From a virus, in the IMG/VR virus record IMGVR_UViG_3300032323_000670, positions 51,977 through 115,976 of that record: DNA of 64,000 nt. One strand, 5' to 3'. How positions within the stretch are numbered: the stretch's first letter is position 1; each line of letters begins with the position of its first letter. Shown piece by piece: positions 39,044 through 50,230 of this stretch. A model generated the notes under the pieces. The model did not search any database. It was not told the origin of the DNA and was given only the letters and a program-made list of their open reading frames with translations. Both the position numbers and the translations under genes were made by a program.

Positions 39044-39093
39044 AAAATCTGAGAAGTTTATAAAATTGTTTAAGTTTAAACTTTTAAGATTTA

Positions 39094-41718
39094 TTATGTG
39101 TTCTGCTCAGAAAACTGTCCTAACCTAGGGTCACCGGGATATACATTCTTCATCATCTCCATATAAGAACTAGCAAAGTCATCAGCTGGTGCTGATTTAC
39201 CCATAAGTTTTATAATAGCATCATCTGATACACCCGGTATAGTATTTCTGATTTCTTTGAATCTTTCAATATCATTAGCTTGAATATCAGCTGGTTTCAT
39301 CTCTTCACCTTTGTTGAAGTATAATCTACCACCTTTAGATGGATCAATCTGATAGTTAGGATACAATTGATTCATGGCATAAGCTTGCTCTTTATTAGTA
39401 ATAGCATCAATATAAGAACTACGTAACTCTTGACGAGCTTGCGCTTTAGCGTTATCATACTGCTGATTAGCAATGGTAGTCTGATCAAATAAGTTCTTAG
39501 TGATATCCGCATTAGAAGCATTAGCCTGGTTAACAATCTGTGCTTTTGTACCGGCAAATGTATTTGCTGTACTAACATTAAGATTGTTATATCTACCTAG
39601 TATATCTGCTGCTGCTTTAGCTCCTTGTCCTGCCATTTGAGATTGACGAGAGTTCAAAGCTTGAGATGGAGCATATGCTGCAGCACCTTGCATACCCATG
39701 TTATACTGTTCTTGGGTAGCCGCTAGTTCTCTAGTAGGATCATAGAATGTAGGGTCTGGTATATAAGGATTTAACTTAGGTGACCAAGGTAAACGTTTCT
39801 TAACTCTAGCCATATCACCAGCAGCTCCTGCAGTTTTGATTACATCTTGTAACCACCACTCTGGACCCATCTGAGGTTTTTTTGTTATATCTAACTCTTC
39901 AGTTGGTATCTCTGTACTACCTCCACCATCTGTAGTTTCATCCTCAGTGATTATATCACCCTCTGGGTTTCTATCAAAGTAGTAACGGTCTAAGTGTTCA
40001 AGACCAAACATGTTATCATCTCCAAGTCTAGATCTATAACCAGATGTTTCAAATTTCTCTTGGTTTCTTTTTACAAGACCGTTATCCTTATTAGTAATAA
40101 AGTCTTGTGTATAAAGTTTACTCGGATCTTTAAGTTTTTCATCTGTGAGTTCATCATCCTTATAACCATAAAACTTTAACATCATCTTACGGTTATTAAT
40201 TTTTTGATCTTCAGGAAGAGCTTCAAACTCAGTTATTGGTTTATCAGGATTAGCTGCTTGCCAGTATCTGAACTCAACCATTTCTGGATCAGCATAACCA
40301 TAAAATCCCTTTTTACTTCGTGTCTTTTTTGAAGAATCTTCATAGGATGATTGAGTAGCTACTTTAAAACCAGGAGCACCTAAGGACTTACCTGCTTCAT
40401 CTTTGTTGTAAGAACCTAAAGAAGTTAAAAAGTCTTTTTCTTCTACACTGAGTTCATCTGCAGCCTTTGTGTAAATAGTCCACCCAGATGCGCTACCTGA
40501 AGCATAACCTTTTCCCTTAAGTCTTTTCATTATTTCATTAGCCTTCTTAACATCTTCCTCTAATGAACCGTACCTAGGTTTATAGTTTTCTTTACCTGAT
40601 AATGATTGTCTTACTTTATCTTGAGTATATACTTTAGTTACTTTTCTTATTTTACCATCTTCATCCTTAAAGTAATCGCCTACAGCAAGTGTAGGATCAT
40701 CTTTCTTCTTAATCTTATCAGCTGGTATCTTTTCTTTTGCAGCAGTAGATTTTTCTACATTACCACCATCTTGATATCTCATCTGACCACCGTATCCAAA
40801 CACAGCTGGTATATCTACTTCACTGTTATCAGAAGAGTATATAGTACCGTTACCATCTCTGAATACAGGACCACCATTTTCCATAGTCATGTATATACCA
40901 CTCTCAGGCTTGAATCTTTTCTTAACCCCACCTAGTTTAGCATATACTTTTTTAAGCATGGGGTTATCCTTAATCTTATTTGCAATACCTCCATATCTAG
41001 CATATGGATTTTCTTGTGAAGCTTCAAATTGCTCTTCACTTGGATTCTCTTCCGCTTCCATAGCTTCTTCACCCTGCATCATTTGCTGGTTAGGTTTACC
41101 TTCTTTAAGGGGTAATACATCCTGGGGTTGAACAGCATTCATTGATAAGTAAGGTAATGCTACAGTAGGTATGCCATCTGGGAAACCTTTCTTAGACTCT
41201 TGTATAAGAGCTAACTTAGCTAGTTTTACATTGTAACTAGCTATCATTTTCTCAGATGTTTCTCTAGCCAACCTATCAGAAGTTGGATCAGCTAATACTT
41301 CTCTGTATTTATTTATATCATACTTCTCAGCAATCTGAGCAGGTGTATAACCACCCTTCTTCTTAGACATGTTAAACTCATCAAGAATCTTTTGATCTTT
41401 TATTTTCATACTAGAAGTATCACTGAATATAAAAGAGTCATCCGGTAAGTTCAAAGGTGTACCCCCAGCATAGTGACGTTGTCCACCTATTCTGTAGTGT
41501 GCTGGTAAACCATCAACATCTGGAATAAGTGCAGTCTCGCCTTTCTCTGCTTCAAGATTAGCTTCCTCTCTTGGCACAGGTCTTAATGTCTTCTTACCTT
41601 TTACAGGTGTTTCAGACAATGAGTCTGACATGTAACTAGGTGCAATCTGTTTATACAGACTTGACATGCTACCGCCTTTATATGCTTGGGGTAAGCTTTT
41701 GATCTTTACTCGTCTCAT
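39094..41718 (-). CDS. Virion cargo/structural protein (874 aa)
   Basis: EAEKGE...H..GG.....FIFSD motif characteristic of crAss-like cargo proteins; multiple xxxGG motifs. Confidence 0.72.
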   Translation of the reverse strand: MRRVKIKSLPQAYKGGSMSSLYKQIAPSYMSDSLSETPVKGKKTLRPVPREEANLEAEKGETALIPDVDGLPAHYRIGGQRHYAGGTPLNLPDDSFIFSDTSSMKIKDQKILDEFNMSKKKGGYTPAQIAEKYDINKYREVLADPTSDRLARETSEKMIASYNVKLAKLALIQESKKGFPDGIPTVALPYLSMNAVQPQDVLPLKEGKPNQQMMQGEEAMEAEENPSEEQFEASQENPYARYGGIANKIKDNPMLKKVYAKLGGVKKRFKPESGIYMTMENGGPVFRDGNGTIYSSDNSEVDIPAVFGYGGQMRYQDGGNVEKSTAAKEKIPADKIKKKDDPTLAVGDYFKDEDGKIRKVTKVYTQDKVRQSLSGKENYKPRYGSLEEDVKKANEIMKRLKGKGYASGSASGWTIYTKAADELSVEEKDFLTSLGSYNKDEAGKSLGAPGFKVATQSSYEDSSKKTRSKKGFYGYADPEMVEFRYWQAANPDKPITEFEALPEDQKINNRKMMLKFYGYKDDELTDEKLKDPSKLYTQDFITNKDNGLVKRNQEKFETSGYRSRLGDDNMFGLEHLDRYYFDRNPEGDIITEDETTDGGGSTEIPTEELDITKKPQMGPEWWLQDVIKTAGAAGDMARVKKRLPWSPKLNPYIPDPTFYDPTRELAATQEQYNMGMQGAAAYAPSQALNSRQSQMAGQGAKAAADILGRYNNLNVSTANTFAGTKAQIVNQANASNADITKNLFDQTTIANQQYDNAKAQARQELRSSYIDAITNKEQAYAMNQLYPNYQIDPSKGGRLYFNKGEEMKPADIQANDIERFKEIRNTIPGVSDDAIIKLMGKSAPADDFASSYMEMMKNVYPGDPRLGQFSEQNT

Positions 41719-41723
41719 AGTAA

Positions 41724-44243
41724 TTAGTCTAAGTATTCTATTTGACCACCAGCTGCTAAAATAGCATTGATAGTTTCATCATCTAAATATAATTCATCTC
41801 CTTCATTAAACCCACCACCCATCTGAGCAAGAGGACCCGCTCCTGTAAATTGAGTAGGTATCATATCATTAGGTCTCATGTAACCTTCATTAACTGTCCA
41901 GTCACCTTGACTACCTGATGTTTGTGGTACTTTAAATCCGATTTGATCAAAAGCAAGTCTACCTCTTAACTCTCTCTCTTTTTGATTAGCATCTCTGTTT
42001 TGAGCAGTACCTGCTAAAGCATCTAGACCAGCCATCATAGCAGGAGCTAAGAAAGGATTATCCCTACCAAACTTATATTCTGCCTCTTTAATGTCTTTAA
42101 AGAAACGATTATCTTTTTTACCTGCTTTAGGTATAGCACCTGGTGCATTATATGCATCATCAAATACTTTCATCATTGTAGCATCTGACGTAGGCTTATC
42201 TAAAGATGATTCAATTGGTAATCCTGTATCTGGATCTATAGGTCCTTGATCTGCTAATAACTGGTCACTCTCATCTAAGAAGTTACCTAGGTTTGTAGCA
42301 GGTGAAGTACCTGGACCACCCCCAGCATATTGTTTCATAAATTTGCGAAGCTCCCCACCTTTCTTATAACCTAACTTAGAAAGCTCTTGATCTACAGCAT
42401 CTTGTTGACCGCTATTTAATAGATAAGCTAACCTCTGTTGCACATTAGGAAACCCAGCACCAAACTTAGTATAACCTGACGTAGGTAAATTAGCTAGTCT
42501 TTCATCTAAAGATGCATTTTGATTTTGCGACTGTTGCTGTGGGTTCTGTATATTCTGTACATCTTGATTTATATCACCTACTCTACGCTGAGTTCTTGCA
42601 TTAATTTTATCAATCTTTGCTTGTTGCTCTGGGGTAATAGGAGGACCTTGTGGTGTAATTGTAGGTACTACACTAGGTTTTGCACCTTGTGGTCCTACAG
42701 TTATACTACCTGGAGCTAAATCATCCATTGATGTAGTAGCTCCAGGTTTAATAGTAATAGGCGTAGTACCTGGAGCATAGCTTGGTGTAGGCATTTGTTT
42801 TCCGGTTGACCATGTTGTATCGTATACAGGATTAGGTTTAAGACCAGTAACTTCTTTAGCTCCTGTTGTATCATTTACATTAGGGCTCTGCATAATAGGA
42901 GGTTGCTCAATAATGTTACCTTGTGGATCTATTGGTACTTGAGTACCATCATCAAGCGTACCGTATCTTACAGTAAAGCTTTTTAAAGAACCTCTTTTCT
43001 TCTTGTCCTCACCTCTAAATATATTACCCAATGGGTTTCTGAAATCAGAAGTTGTAGACATGACTCTAAGATTAGGGTCATAGAATGCCATAGGTACTTG
43101 ATTACCGTTTTTATCAGTAGTATAAATAGCACCCGCCTGCATAGAATTAGGATCAGCAAGACCTCTTAAGTAGTCATAACCATCACCAACATTCTTTTTA
43201 TCTTTCTCTGTTGTTGTTTCTGTTTCTTTTTCTTTTTCTGTTGTTTCTGTTTCTTTAGCTTTTGCATCAGCTTCAGCTTTCTTTTTCTCTTCTTCCTTTT
43301 TCTTTTGTTCTTCAGTAGAAGTTGTTGTAGTAGTGGTTGTAGAAGCTGGAGGAGTTGTAGTAGTACTTGATGTTGTACCTGTGCTAGTAGAGTTATCCTT
43401 TTTAGGATTGCTTTTTGGTTTAGGAGGTGCTGGAGCAGGAGTTGTCTGTGTGCCTGCTGCCTGCTGTCTGTATTCAGGTAACATAAAAGATTCACCAGTA
43501 CCCGGTCTAAAACTAGGAACTTGAATGTTAGAAGCTTGAGGCTGAGAACTAGGTATACCTTGAAATAATTCTTGTTGCCAAGTACGAGGTTCAGCTTTTG
43601 CTACTGGACCACCTGGATTAAACATTTTAGTAGTGCTTAACTGACTAGGTTGTTCTATAGGAACAACAGGTTCTGTACCTTTTACATCTTTGTATTTAAC
43701 TTTTTTAATATACTGCTCATTATAAGGGTTAGCTGCAAAAGCATTATCATCACCCCAATATCCTTTAAGTCCTGTAGCTAATGAAGCAGCCCCCATAATA
43801 GGCTCAATAGTATTAGTTCTTTTCTTGGATGCTTCTTCCCATGCTTTTGCTGCATCTAGACCAGGTTGATTATATTGAGCTCCATACTGAGCCATAGGCA
43901 TACCTGAGATCTGATCAGCTTCTTCTGCATAAGCATCATTAGTCTGAACCATCTCATCTTGAACAGCACCCATAGCTTGTTCTTTAAGACTATTTAAAAA
44001 GTCTGATACTCTCTGACTATAGGAATTCATAGGTGATAAGTATTCCTGATCTATTTCTTCTTGGGAACCTCCCTCTTGAAAATAGCCATAATGAGATGCT
44101 TGTCTTTTATTCATTTTCTGAATATCATTACCCATTTGCATCATAGGCAGTTGTCCGCTTTGAGCTTGTTGTCCCATCTGTGGTGATACATTACCTCCTT
44201 TCTGCATAGCTAAGAAGAGAAAGTTTTTTAGCTGTTTATTCAT
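41724..44243 (-). CDS. Low-complexity virion cargo protein (839 aa)
   Basis: Q/P/T/K-rich with many xxxGG motifs. Confidence 0.7.
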   Translation of the reverse strand: MNKQLKNFLFLAMQKGGNVSPQMGQQAQSGQLPMMQMGNDIQKMNKRQASHYGYFQEGGSQEEIDQEYLSPMNSYSQRVSDFLNSLKEQAMGAVQDEMVQTNDAYAEEADQISGMPMAQYGAQYNQPGLDAAKAWEEASKKRTNTIEPIMGAASLATGLKGYWGDDNAFAANPYNEQYIKKVKYKDVKGTEPVVPIEQPSQLSTTKMFNPGGPVAKAEPRTWQQELFQGIPSSQPQASNIQVPSFRPGTGESFMLPEYRQQAAGTQTTPAPAPPKPKSNPKKDNSTSTGTTSSTTTTPPASTTTTTTTSTEEQKKKEEEKKKAEADAKAKETETTEKEKETETTTEKDKKNVGDGYDYLRGLADPNSMQAGAIYTTDKNGNQVPMAFYDPNLRVMSTTSDFRNPLGNIFRGEDKKKRGSLKSFTVRYGTLDDGTQVPIDPQGNIIEQPPIMQSPNVNDTTGAKEVTGLKPNPVYDTTWSTGKQMPTPSYAPGTTPITIKPGATTSMDDLAPGSITVGPQGAKPSVVPTITPQGPPITPEQQAKIDKINARTQRRVGDINQDVQNIQNPQQQSQNQNASLDERLANLPTSGYTKFGAGFPNVQQRLAYLLNSGQQDAVDQELSKLGYKKGGELRKFMKQYAGGGPGTSPATNLGNFLDESDQLLADQGPIDPDTGLPIESSLDKPTSDATMMKVFDDAYNAPGAIPKAGKKDNRFFKDIKEAEYKFGRDNPFLAPAMMAGLDALAGTAQNRDANQKERELRGRLAFDQIGFKVPQTSGSQGDWTVNEGYMRPNDMIPTQFTGAGPLAQMGGGFNEGDELYLDDETINAILAAGGQIEYLD

Positions 44244-44251
44244 AATGTGCT

Positions 44252-44262
44252 AATATACTAAT
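44252..44262 (-). promoter_or_regulatory. Candidate late-promoter motif ATTAGTATATT
   Basis: Second copy of the 11-mer, upstream of ATG 44243. Confidence 0.4.
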
Positions 44263-44282
44263 TATTTATAAGATACTGATTT

Positions 44283-45044
44283 TTACTGGCTTTTCCAATT
44301 GTTAGGTAAGGACTTTATCTTAACTCTCTTTACCGATCCACCATCTTTTTCTTGCATTAAACCTAATCTTCCTATTTGCTCATAAAAGTTACTATAAGAT
44401 CCAGGATCAGTCATTGTTTTAAATCTTTCTCCTGTAAGATTATATCTATCATAAGCTTGATTACCTATGTACTGTCCTGAAACAATACTAGGCACATCAA
44501 CATCTCCCTCATCTAAACCATAGGTCATCTTATATTCTGTAGCTCCTGTATCCATGCCTAAATTAGGTCTTCTTGGATCAGGTAATATCTCACCAGTTTT
44601 AGGATTTCTCGGTTGATTATACTCAGGTAGTGTATATATGTTTTGTTCTTTCAATGGTAACCCAAACGGCATGTCTCCACCTTCTTGTCTACTAAGATTA
44701 GGGACTGAGATATCATATGATACCAACTGACCGCCTACTTGTTTAAATCTACCTAAGAACATTCCTTTATCTACGGGAGTCTCCATAACTGATTCACCTT
44801 TGAATTTATAATTTTTACCTGGTATCATTAACTTCTTATCCCCGGTATTACTTACTCCCAGTAAGGGCATGTCCATACCCTCCATAGTTATTTCATTGGA
44901 GGGTATAATATTAAAGTCATTATCCCTATCTGGACTATCTGGCCAGTAACCTGTTGTAGTTACTGAACCCATCATTTCTGATACTTGATAGTTCGGTCCA
45001 CCTCTAAGACCACGCTCTTCTTTTTTATAAAGTTTTCTTTCCAT
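44283..45044 (-). CDS. Virion-associated protein (253 aa)
   Basis: IIPSNEITMEG...M.PG..Y.F.G..V.E.P module; xxxGG motifs; TAATG-coupled to the muzzle gene. Confidence 0.7.
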   Translation of the reverse strand: MERKLYKKEERGLRGGPNYQVSEMMGSVTTTGYWPDSPDRDNDFNIIPSNEITMEGMDMPLLGVSNTGDKKLMIPGKNYKFKGESVMETPVDKGMFLGRFKQVGGQLVSYDISVPNLSRQEGGDMPFGLPLKEQNIYTLPEYNQPRNPKTGEILPDPRRPNLGMDTGATEYKMTYGLDEGDVDVPSIVSGQYIGNQAYDRYNLTGERFKTMTDPGSYSNFYEQIGRLGLMQEKDGGSVKRVKIKSLPNNWKSQ

Positions 45045-48000
45045 TATCTAGGAGAGTTAAGATTCTTTTCATTAGAAAGTCTGAATAACATTTTTACAGG
45101 TCCGGACACATTTCTGTATAATAAAACATTTGTAAGATAGTGTCTGAATCTCTTATGTTGAAATGCAGGTTTCTGATAGTTTAAGTTATTAGGATTAAGC
45201 TGTCTAATATAACCATTATATTGAGTATTCCATATAGACTGTTGTACAGCAGGATAAGTGTATTCACCGCGGTCTCTAGTAATATCCCAGAACTGATTAA
45301 ATCTATATTTCTGTTCTACCTTACTATATAAAATATCAATGTTATTTAAGTTTACTATAGGATAGTTTACTAATGCTGGGGCATTATTCTTAGGTGAGAT
45401 GTTCAAGTTCAGTTGTCCGGACACTTGCTCTGTGTTAGATATAACAGCATGATCAAAGTTAAAGTCCAACACATGATAGACATCTGCAGAATTTTGTTTA
45501 TACGTATAACACTCTAGCTGATACTCAATGTTCTTAAGTGTATTTACTTGTTGACCAGTATTAGTTAAATATTCTAATTCAAACGGATAGTCTTGACCAT
45601 AGTAATTAGCAAACAAATCTGTTCTAGAATTATGTCTCCATATTTGACCGTTACCTTGAGCTCCGGTCTTAGTGGTTAAGAAATAACTTTTACTTGATAT
45701 TGCCAGCTCTGGGTGCCAGTCATGGAAAGATATCCAAGCTTCTGCTTTAGGATCATAGCTAACAGTCCATGATGTATTCTCAAAGTATATAGGATCTCCC
45801 AACTGTACTAAGTATGAGGTACCTGTTACACCAAAAGTAAGATCACCTTTTTTAGGTTCATATGTAAGCTGACCTTTGAACTCATCTTTTACTTTATAAT
45901 CTTTCTTACAGAAATAAAGTATAACATTTGTATTATCATAAACAGCTTGACATCCTATACCTACAACAGGATTATCTATAATCGGAAAGTCTGGGAAGTC
46001 TTCTAATAAAGTATAGGGTAAGTATTTATTAAACCACCATCTCATACCTGCAGAAGATATCTCTTGAATACCTTGTCCACTCACTTGGAAAATCTTACCT
46101 TGAGACTGACTCATGTAATATATTCCAACCGGAGTATTAATTACAGCTAGTCTGTTTTGACAAGATCCGTGTTCAAACTCAGGATCAGCATTAGATAGGT
46201 TCTGCATTGCTTGTGAGAACAATGAACCGTCACCTACTGTGATCTTAGTACCCATATCTAATTCTAAAGATTCACTACCTAAGAATTGAACAGGCGAATC
46301 ATGATTAAATAATATCAATGATCCGGTTTTACCAATAGGCTTAATAGATGAAATTCTTGAAGGAAAGTCTTTATAGTTATTAGCTAAGTAAACCTGCCAT
46401 GCATCTCTTACAGCGTCTTGAGTTTGTGGTAATGAATATACAGCTCTATTTTTATAGAATGTGTAACAAGTCTCAGCTATGAACGGAGAGTACACTCTGG
46501 CCTGCATATTACCCCAAGAGATAAAGTTATTAAACACTCTTGATACACCAAGTGATAGATCATACTTAAAGAAGTTACCAGACTTAATGATATCAGGTGC
46601 AAATAATGTCTGAAGGTTTGTCATTCTGTAAGCATCATAGTGCCACTCAAATGGTTGTGTTCCATAATCTCTTAGGTCCACATTGATCTCAGATTCTACA
46701 AAGAAGTCTCTTACACCTGATTGGAATAAATAGAACCAGCAGTCATTTTTTATAAACTTTAAAGACGCTGCAATAGTATCAAGGTTTATAGCACCACCTC
46801 CACCAAAGCTATTAGTACCAGGTGACTGATCTAAGTTAGACATTGCTGACGGTAAGGCTGATGCTATCTGACCAAGTACAGAAGGGTTTGTTATTGAACC
46901 AACTATAATTGATATAACTCTTTGAATAAAAGTGTTTGTATCAAACTTAGTAAAGTCTGCCCAGAACCTTGGGTTGTTGATCATAGATCTAAGTCTATAG
47001 TCATACTCAGTCCCATCCGGTTGATTCATTAACCAGTCATAGAAATAGAAGAATGTATTTTTTTCAGTATACCTTCCTACGTAAATGTCTCCACCAAATA
47101 TAGGTTCTGTTGAAAATCTAGATTGCAGTGTTGTGTTATTAGGATTAATTCTAGTAATACATCCTGTAGTAAGTTGTCTTACTGAATCTAACTGACCATA
47201 CTGATTACGTATTCTAATCTTCATACCAGCGTAGTACGAGTATGCTGATGTATTAAATGAATCAAATACTTTTTTATCTCGTGGTGATTCTACAAATGGG
47301 TTTGTACCAGGGGTATTATTTAATAAACCAGCTGCTCTTGCTGTACCTACAGTTTGAGCTGTATTGTCTCCTATTAAATCAGCATACGGATCTACAATAT
47401 CAGCATGTACGTCTAAGGTTACACAGCGCCCTCTGAATGCATTGTTTATAGTATTAGTTTCAAACTGTTGAAGTTGATTCTCTAGATAACTATCATTTTG
47501 AATATATCTTCTTGAGTTACCAATGCTATGTCTTGCATTACCTCTAGCGTGTCTGTGCATATCTCCATGAGATACATAGCTTAAAGCATACTGTCTGTAT
47601 TTGCTAAATCCAGTTATAATATCAAGGGTAGCATCTGTACCCTGAGTCATATACTGAGCATATGTGATAATACCACCAAATGCTTTAATTACAGGTGACA
47701 TATAATCAGCATCTGATTTTTCAACACTTATATCAGCAGGACTTCCTCCATTAGCACCACCTGGTACACCAATTGGCGGTATACCTGTGATAGATGCATC
47801 CGCTGCTGCATATGTAGTTTGTAAACCACTTGAAGCGTCAGGTGATCCTATAGCTGAAAGAAAAACATTAGCTGTTGTACTTGCAGTAGCTTGATAAGAA
47901 CTATAAGCTGTGTTTGTAGCAGTTGTTATAGTTGAGTTACCATTTGATACAACCAACCCTGGAGTAGTTACAGAATTTATACCAGCATTAAATATCTTTG

Positions 48001-50230
48001 GTGCTATAATAGCTTTTGTTTCTTTACCTTGAATAGCTTTACCCGCTATACCAATACCAACAGCTAATGATATAAAGAATGCCATGTTAGTAGGTAGCTT
48101 TTGTTTAGGGTGACCATCCACTTCTTGGAAGTTACCTTTAACATTACCTCTTGATCCAACCTCACCATATAATCTTAATTCCTGAGCAGATAGAAATGGA
48201 TTTCTAAACTGAGTATCAGGGGAGTGAAAAGTAAATAATTGTTTACTGTATCCTCTTAAGAAATTATTAGAATCATTCCAATCATTCCAGGGTTCACCAC
48301 CTACACTACCTGCAGGATCACTCCATGACACACTGGTTAAACTAGCATCAGGAGTTAAATCATTATAAGGGTAGTTTTGGTAATAGATATCTTCATTATC
48401 AATACTCTTATACTTACGCATGTTATTGATAATACCTTTAGCTATTACAGTCTTATTACCTTCACGTGAACTTCTTAATATTTCATAACCTACAATACCA
48501 GGTATTAAGTTACCGTCATTATCTACAGGTGGTCTAATATTATCAAACGCTACACCTAAAACTCTAATAGCTTTTGGTGTGCTACCATCAGTTCTAATTC
48601 TAGAATAGTTAGAAGAAGAACCATCAGGGTTAACCGGAGTGATATTTATTATATCACCAGGCATCTTATGATGTCTAATAGGTTTACCACATAGGTCATG
48701 GTTAATGTTTCCAGTATTTGACCAAGGGTGAGCACTAGCATCCCATATCTCGTTCTTGTCTGCAGGATATGTTTCAGTTGATTCCCAGTAACCCATTTTA
48801 CCACGAGCTACAACTTGGTTAGGAATAACATTTGCAGTAGCAGTTGGTAAGCTACTTGATGTAACATAAGCTGTATTAAGCATCTCCCAAACTCTCGGTG
48901 CTACATAGGTTGTACTCTCTGCTTGAGACTGAGCCCATTCTACATCATCCTGACCATATAAACCATAACCTGTATATTCAAGTCCAGTTGCAGGATCTAT
49001 CTCTCTATTAAATTCTTCTGCTCTTCCAGGTATGTGATATGAGCTTGACTTATCACCTGTATTATAAATCCATCTGATCCAGAATGCATATTGTTCATCA
49101 CGCATGTATCCAGTTTGATTACCACCTCTGCGGTAATAGTCTGGGGCTTGCTCCACCATTACCCATTCAGTATTAATCTGATTAGCTAAAGGCTGGTAAT
49201 TAAAATCAAACTTACCTGTGGGAGCAACTCTTAGCGCGTATGCACCGTTTCTATAAATAGCTTCAGACTTTTCATATACAGGTGTTCTTAAAGGAATTGT
49301 CTCAATAGGTACAGTTACTAAAGCTTCATTAATATAATCAAGTGATATATTAATTGATGTTTCAGTAGTATTATAATACCCTATTCTTTTTGCGCTAGTC
49401 TGTTGGTTTATGGTTCTTACAATCACCAACTCAAACTCCTCAAACACAGACGTCTCCATATTGTCCACAGTAACCAAAAGAGAACCTGATAAATTATCAT
49501 GCTCAAACAAAGCTTGCACTTGACTAGGATTAAAATAATCAGTTGCTTTTTGTTGGTTAACCGTATATGCAATAACCGCATAGTATGACCCATTCTGTAA
49601 TGTTCCACCTGCTGGTCCCTTACTAATATTAACACAAGGTGTTTTTATAATCTTTGCAAGACGCAGTCTATCACAATCTAATTGTAGTGGTTGGATAGGT
49701 ACACAGTTTTCACATGGACCGTTTAGAGTATCTCTACATACATAAGGTACACCTGGCCAAGGATCTGAATATGGAGCATTGTCCACATTACCAACATTCA
49801 TTGTTCTATCTGGATTCAAGCCATCTGCCCAGTACACTTGCCAAGAACAATCAAAGTTCTCTTTAGCAATACCAATTATAAGATTAGTCTTCTTAAATCC
49901 TAAACAAGGATCATTAACTATCTTACTATACTCACATCTATCTTCTTTAAAGAATCCTATCTCAGAGTTTGTATCATCTGTTGAGTAGATAACCCATTCA
50001 TCATTTCTTAAATTGATAGCACCTATAACAGTGTATGGAGCTTGAGAACAAAGTACATTCCCAGGCTCATTACCTATAACACCTACCTTACCTAGATTAC
50101 TATTGTTGATAGCATTACGGGCATGTGACCATACCCCATCAGGTTGATAGGCACTATCTAGGTCTTTCATCAGACCCTTAGCAAATGTTTCAGTTTGAAT
50201 ATTTGCTCCGCTTTGCATTCCTTCAGCCAT
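45044..50230 (-). CDS. Tail stabilisation/muzzle protein (P22 gp10-like, crAss-type)
   Basis: N-terminal F.KGL.KD...W.HARNA, YWADGLNPDR and C-terminal WTVSY...WISFHDW beta-propeller signatures; syntenic after the ring proteins. Confidence 0.78.
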   Translation of the reverse strand: MAEGMQSGANIQTETFAKGLMKDLDSAYQPDGVWSHARNAINNSNLGKVGVIGNEPGNVLCSQAPYTVIGAINLRNDEWVIYSTDDTNSEIGFFKEDRCEYSKIVNDPCLGFKKTNLIIGIAKENFDCSWQVYWADGLNPDRTMNVGNVDNAPYSDPWPGVPYVCRDTLNGPCENCVPIQPLQLDCDRLRLAKIIKTPCVNISKGPAGGTLQNGSYYAVIAYTVNQQKATDYFNPSQVQALFEHDNLSGSLLVTVDNMETSVFEEFELVIVRTINQQTSAKRIGYYNTTETSINISLDYINEALVTVPIETIPLRTPVYEKSEAIYRNGAYALRVAPTGKFDFNYQPLANQINTEWVMVEQAPDYYRRGGNQTGYMRDEQYAFWIRWIYNTGDKSSSYHIPGRAEEFNREIDPATGLEYTGYGLYGQDDVEWAQSQAESTTYVAPRVWEMLNTAYVTSSSLPTATANVIPNQVVARGKMGYWESTETYPADKNEIWDASAHPWSNTGNINHDLCGKPIRHHKMPGDIINITPVNPDGSSSNYSRIRTDGSTPKAIRVLGVAFDNIRPPVDNDGNLIPGIVGYEILRSSREGNKTVIAKGIINNMRKYKSIDNEDIYYQNYPYNDLTPDASLTSVSWSDPAGSVGGEPWNDWNDSNNFLRGYSKQLFTFHSPDTQFRNPFLSAQELRLYGEVGSRGNVKGNFQEVDGHPKQKLPTNMAFFISLAVGIGIAGKAIQGKETKAIIAPKIFNAGINSVTTPGLVVSNGNSTITTATNTAYSSYQATASTTANVFLSAIGSPDASSGLQTTYAAADASITGIPPIGVPGGANGGSPADISVEKSDADYMSPVIKAFGGIITYAQYMTQGTDATLDIITGFSKYRQYALSYVSHGDMHRHARGNARHSIGNSRRYIQNDSYLENQLQQFETNTINNAFRGRCVTLDVHADIVDPYADLIGDNTAQTVGTARAAGLLNNTPGTNPFVESPRDKKVFDSFNTSAYSYYAGMKIRIRNQYGQLDSVRQLTTGCITRINPNNTTLQSRFSTEPIFGGDIYVGRYTEKNTFFYFYDWLMNQPDGTEYDYRLRSMINNPRFWADFTKFDTNTFIQRVISIIVGSITNPSVLGQIASALPSAMSNLDQSPGTNSFGGGGAINLDTIAASLKFIKNDCWFYLFQSGVRDFFVESEINVDLRDYGTQPFEWHYDAYRMTNLQTLFAPDIIKSGNFFKYDLSLGVSRVFNNFISWGNMQARVYSPFIAETCYTFYKNRAVYSLPQTQDAVRDAWQVYLANNYKDFPSRISSIKPIGKTGSLILFNHDSPVQFLGSESLELDMGTKITVGDGSLFSQAMQNLSNADPEFEHGSCQNRLAVINTPVGIYYMSQSQGKIFQVSGQGIQEISSAGMRWWFNKYLPYTLLEDFPDFPIIDNPVVGIGCQAVYDNTNVILYFCKKDYKVKDEFKGQLTYEPKKGDLTFGVTGTSYLVQLGDPIYFENTSWTVSYDPKAEAWISFHDWHPELAISSKSYFLTTKTGAQGNGQIWRHNSRTDLFANYYGQDYPFELEYLTNTGQQVNTLKNIEYQLECYTYKQNSADVYHVLDFNFDHAVISNTEQVSGQLNLNISPKNNAPALVNYPIVNLNNIDILYSKVEQKYRFNQFWDITRDRGEYTYPAVQQSIWNTQYNGYIRQLNPNNLNYQKPAFQHKRFRHYLTNVLLYRNVSGPVKMLFRLSNEKNLNSPR

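Noticed and set aside
43190-43450. Low-complexity T/K/E tract resembling a tandem repeat array
   Set aside because: It is explained by a disordered Thr- and Lys/Glu-rich linker in the 839-aa protein; there is no regular DNA repeat unit.
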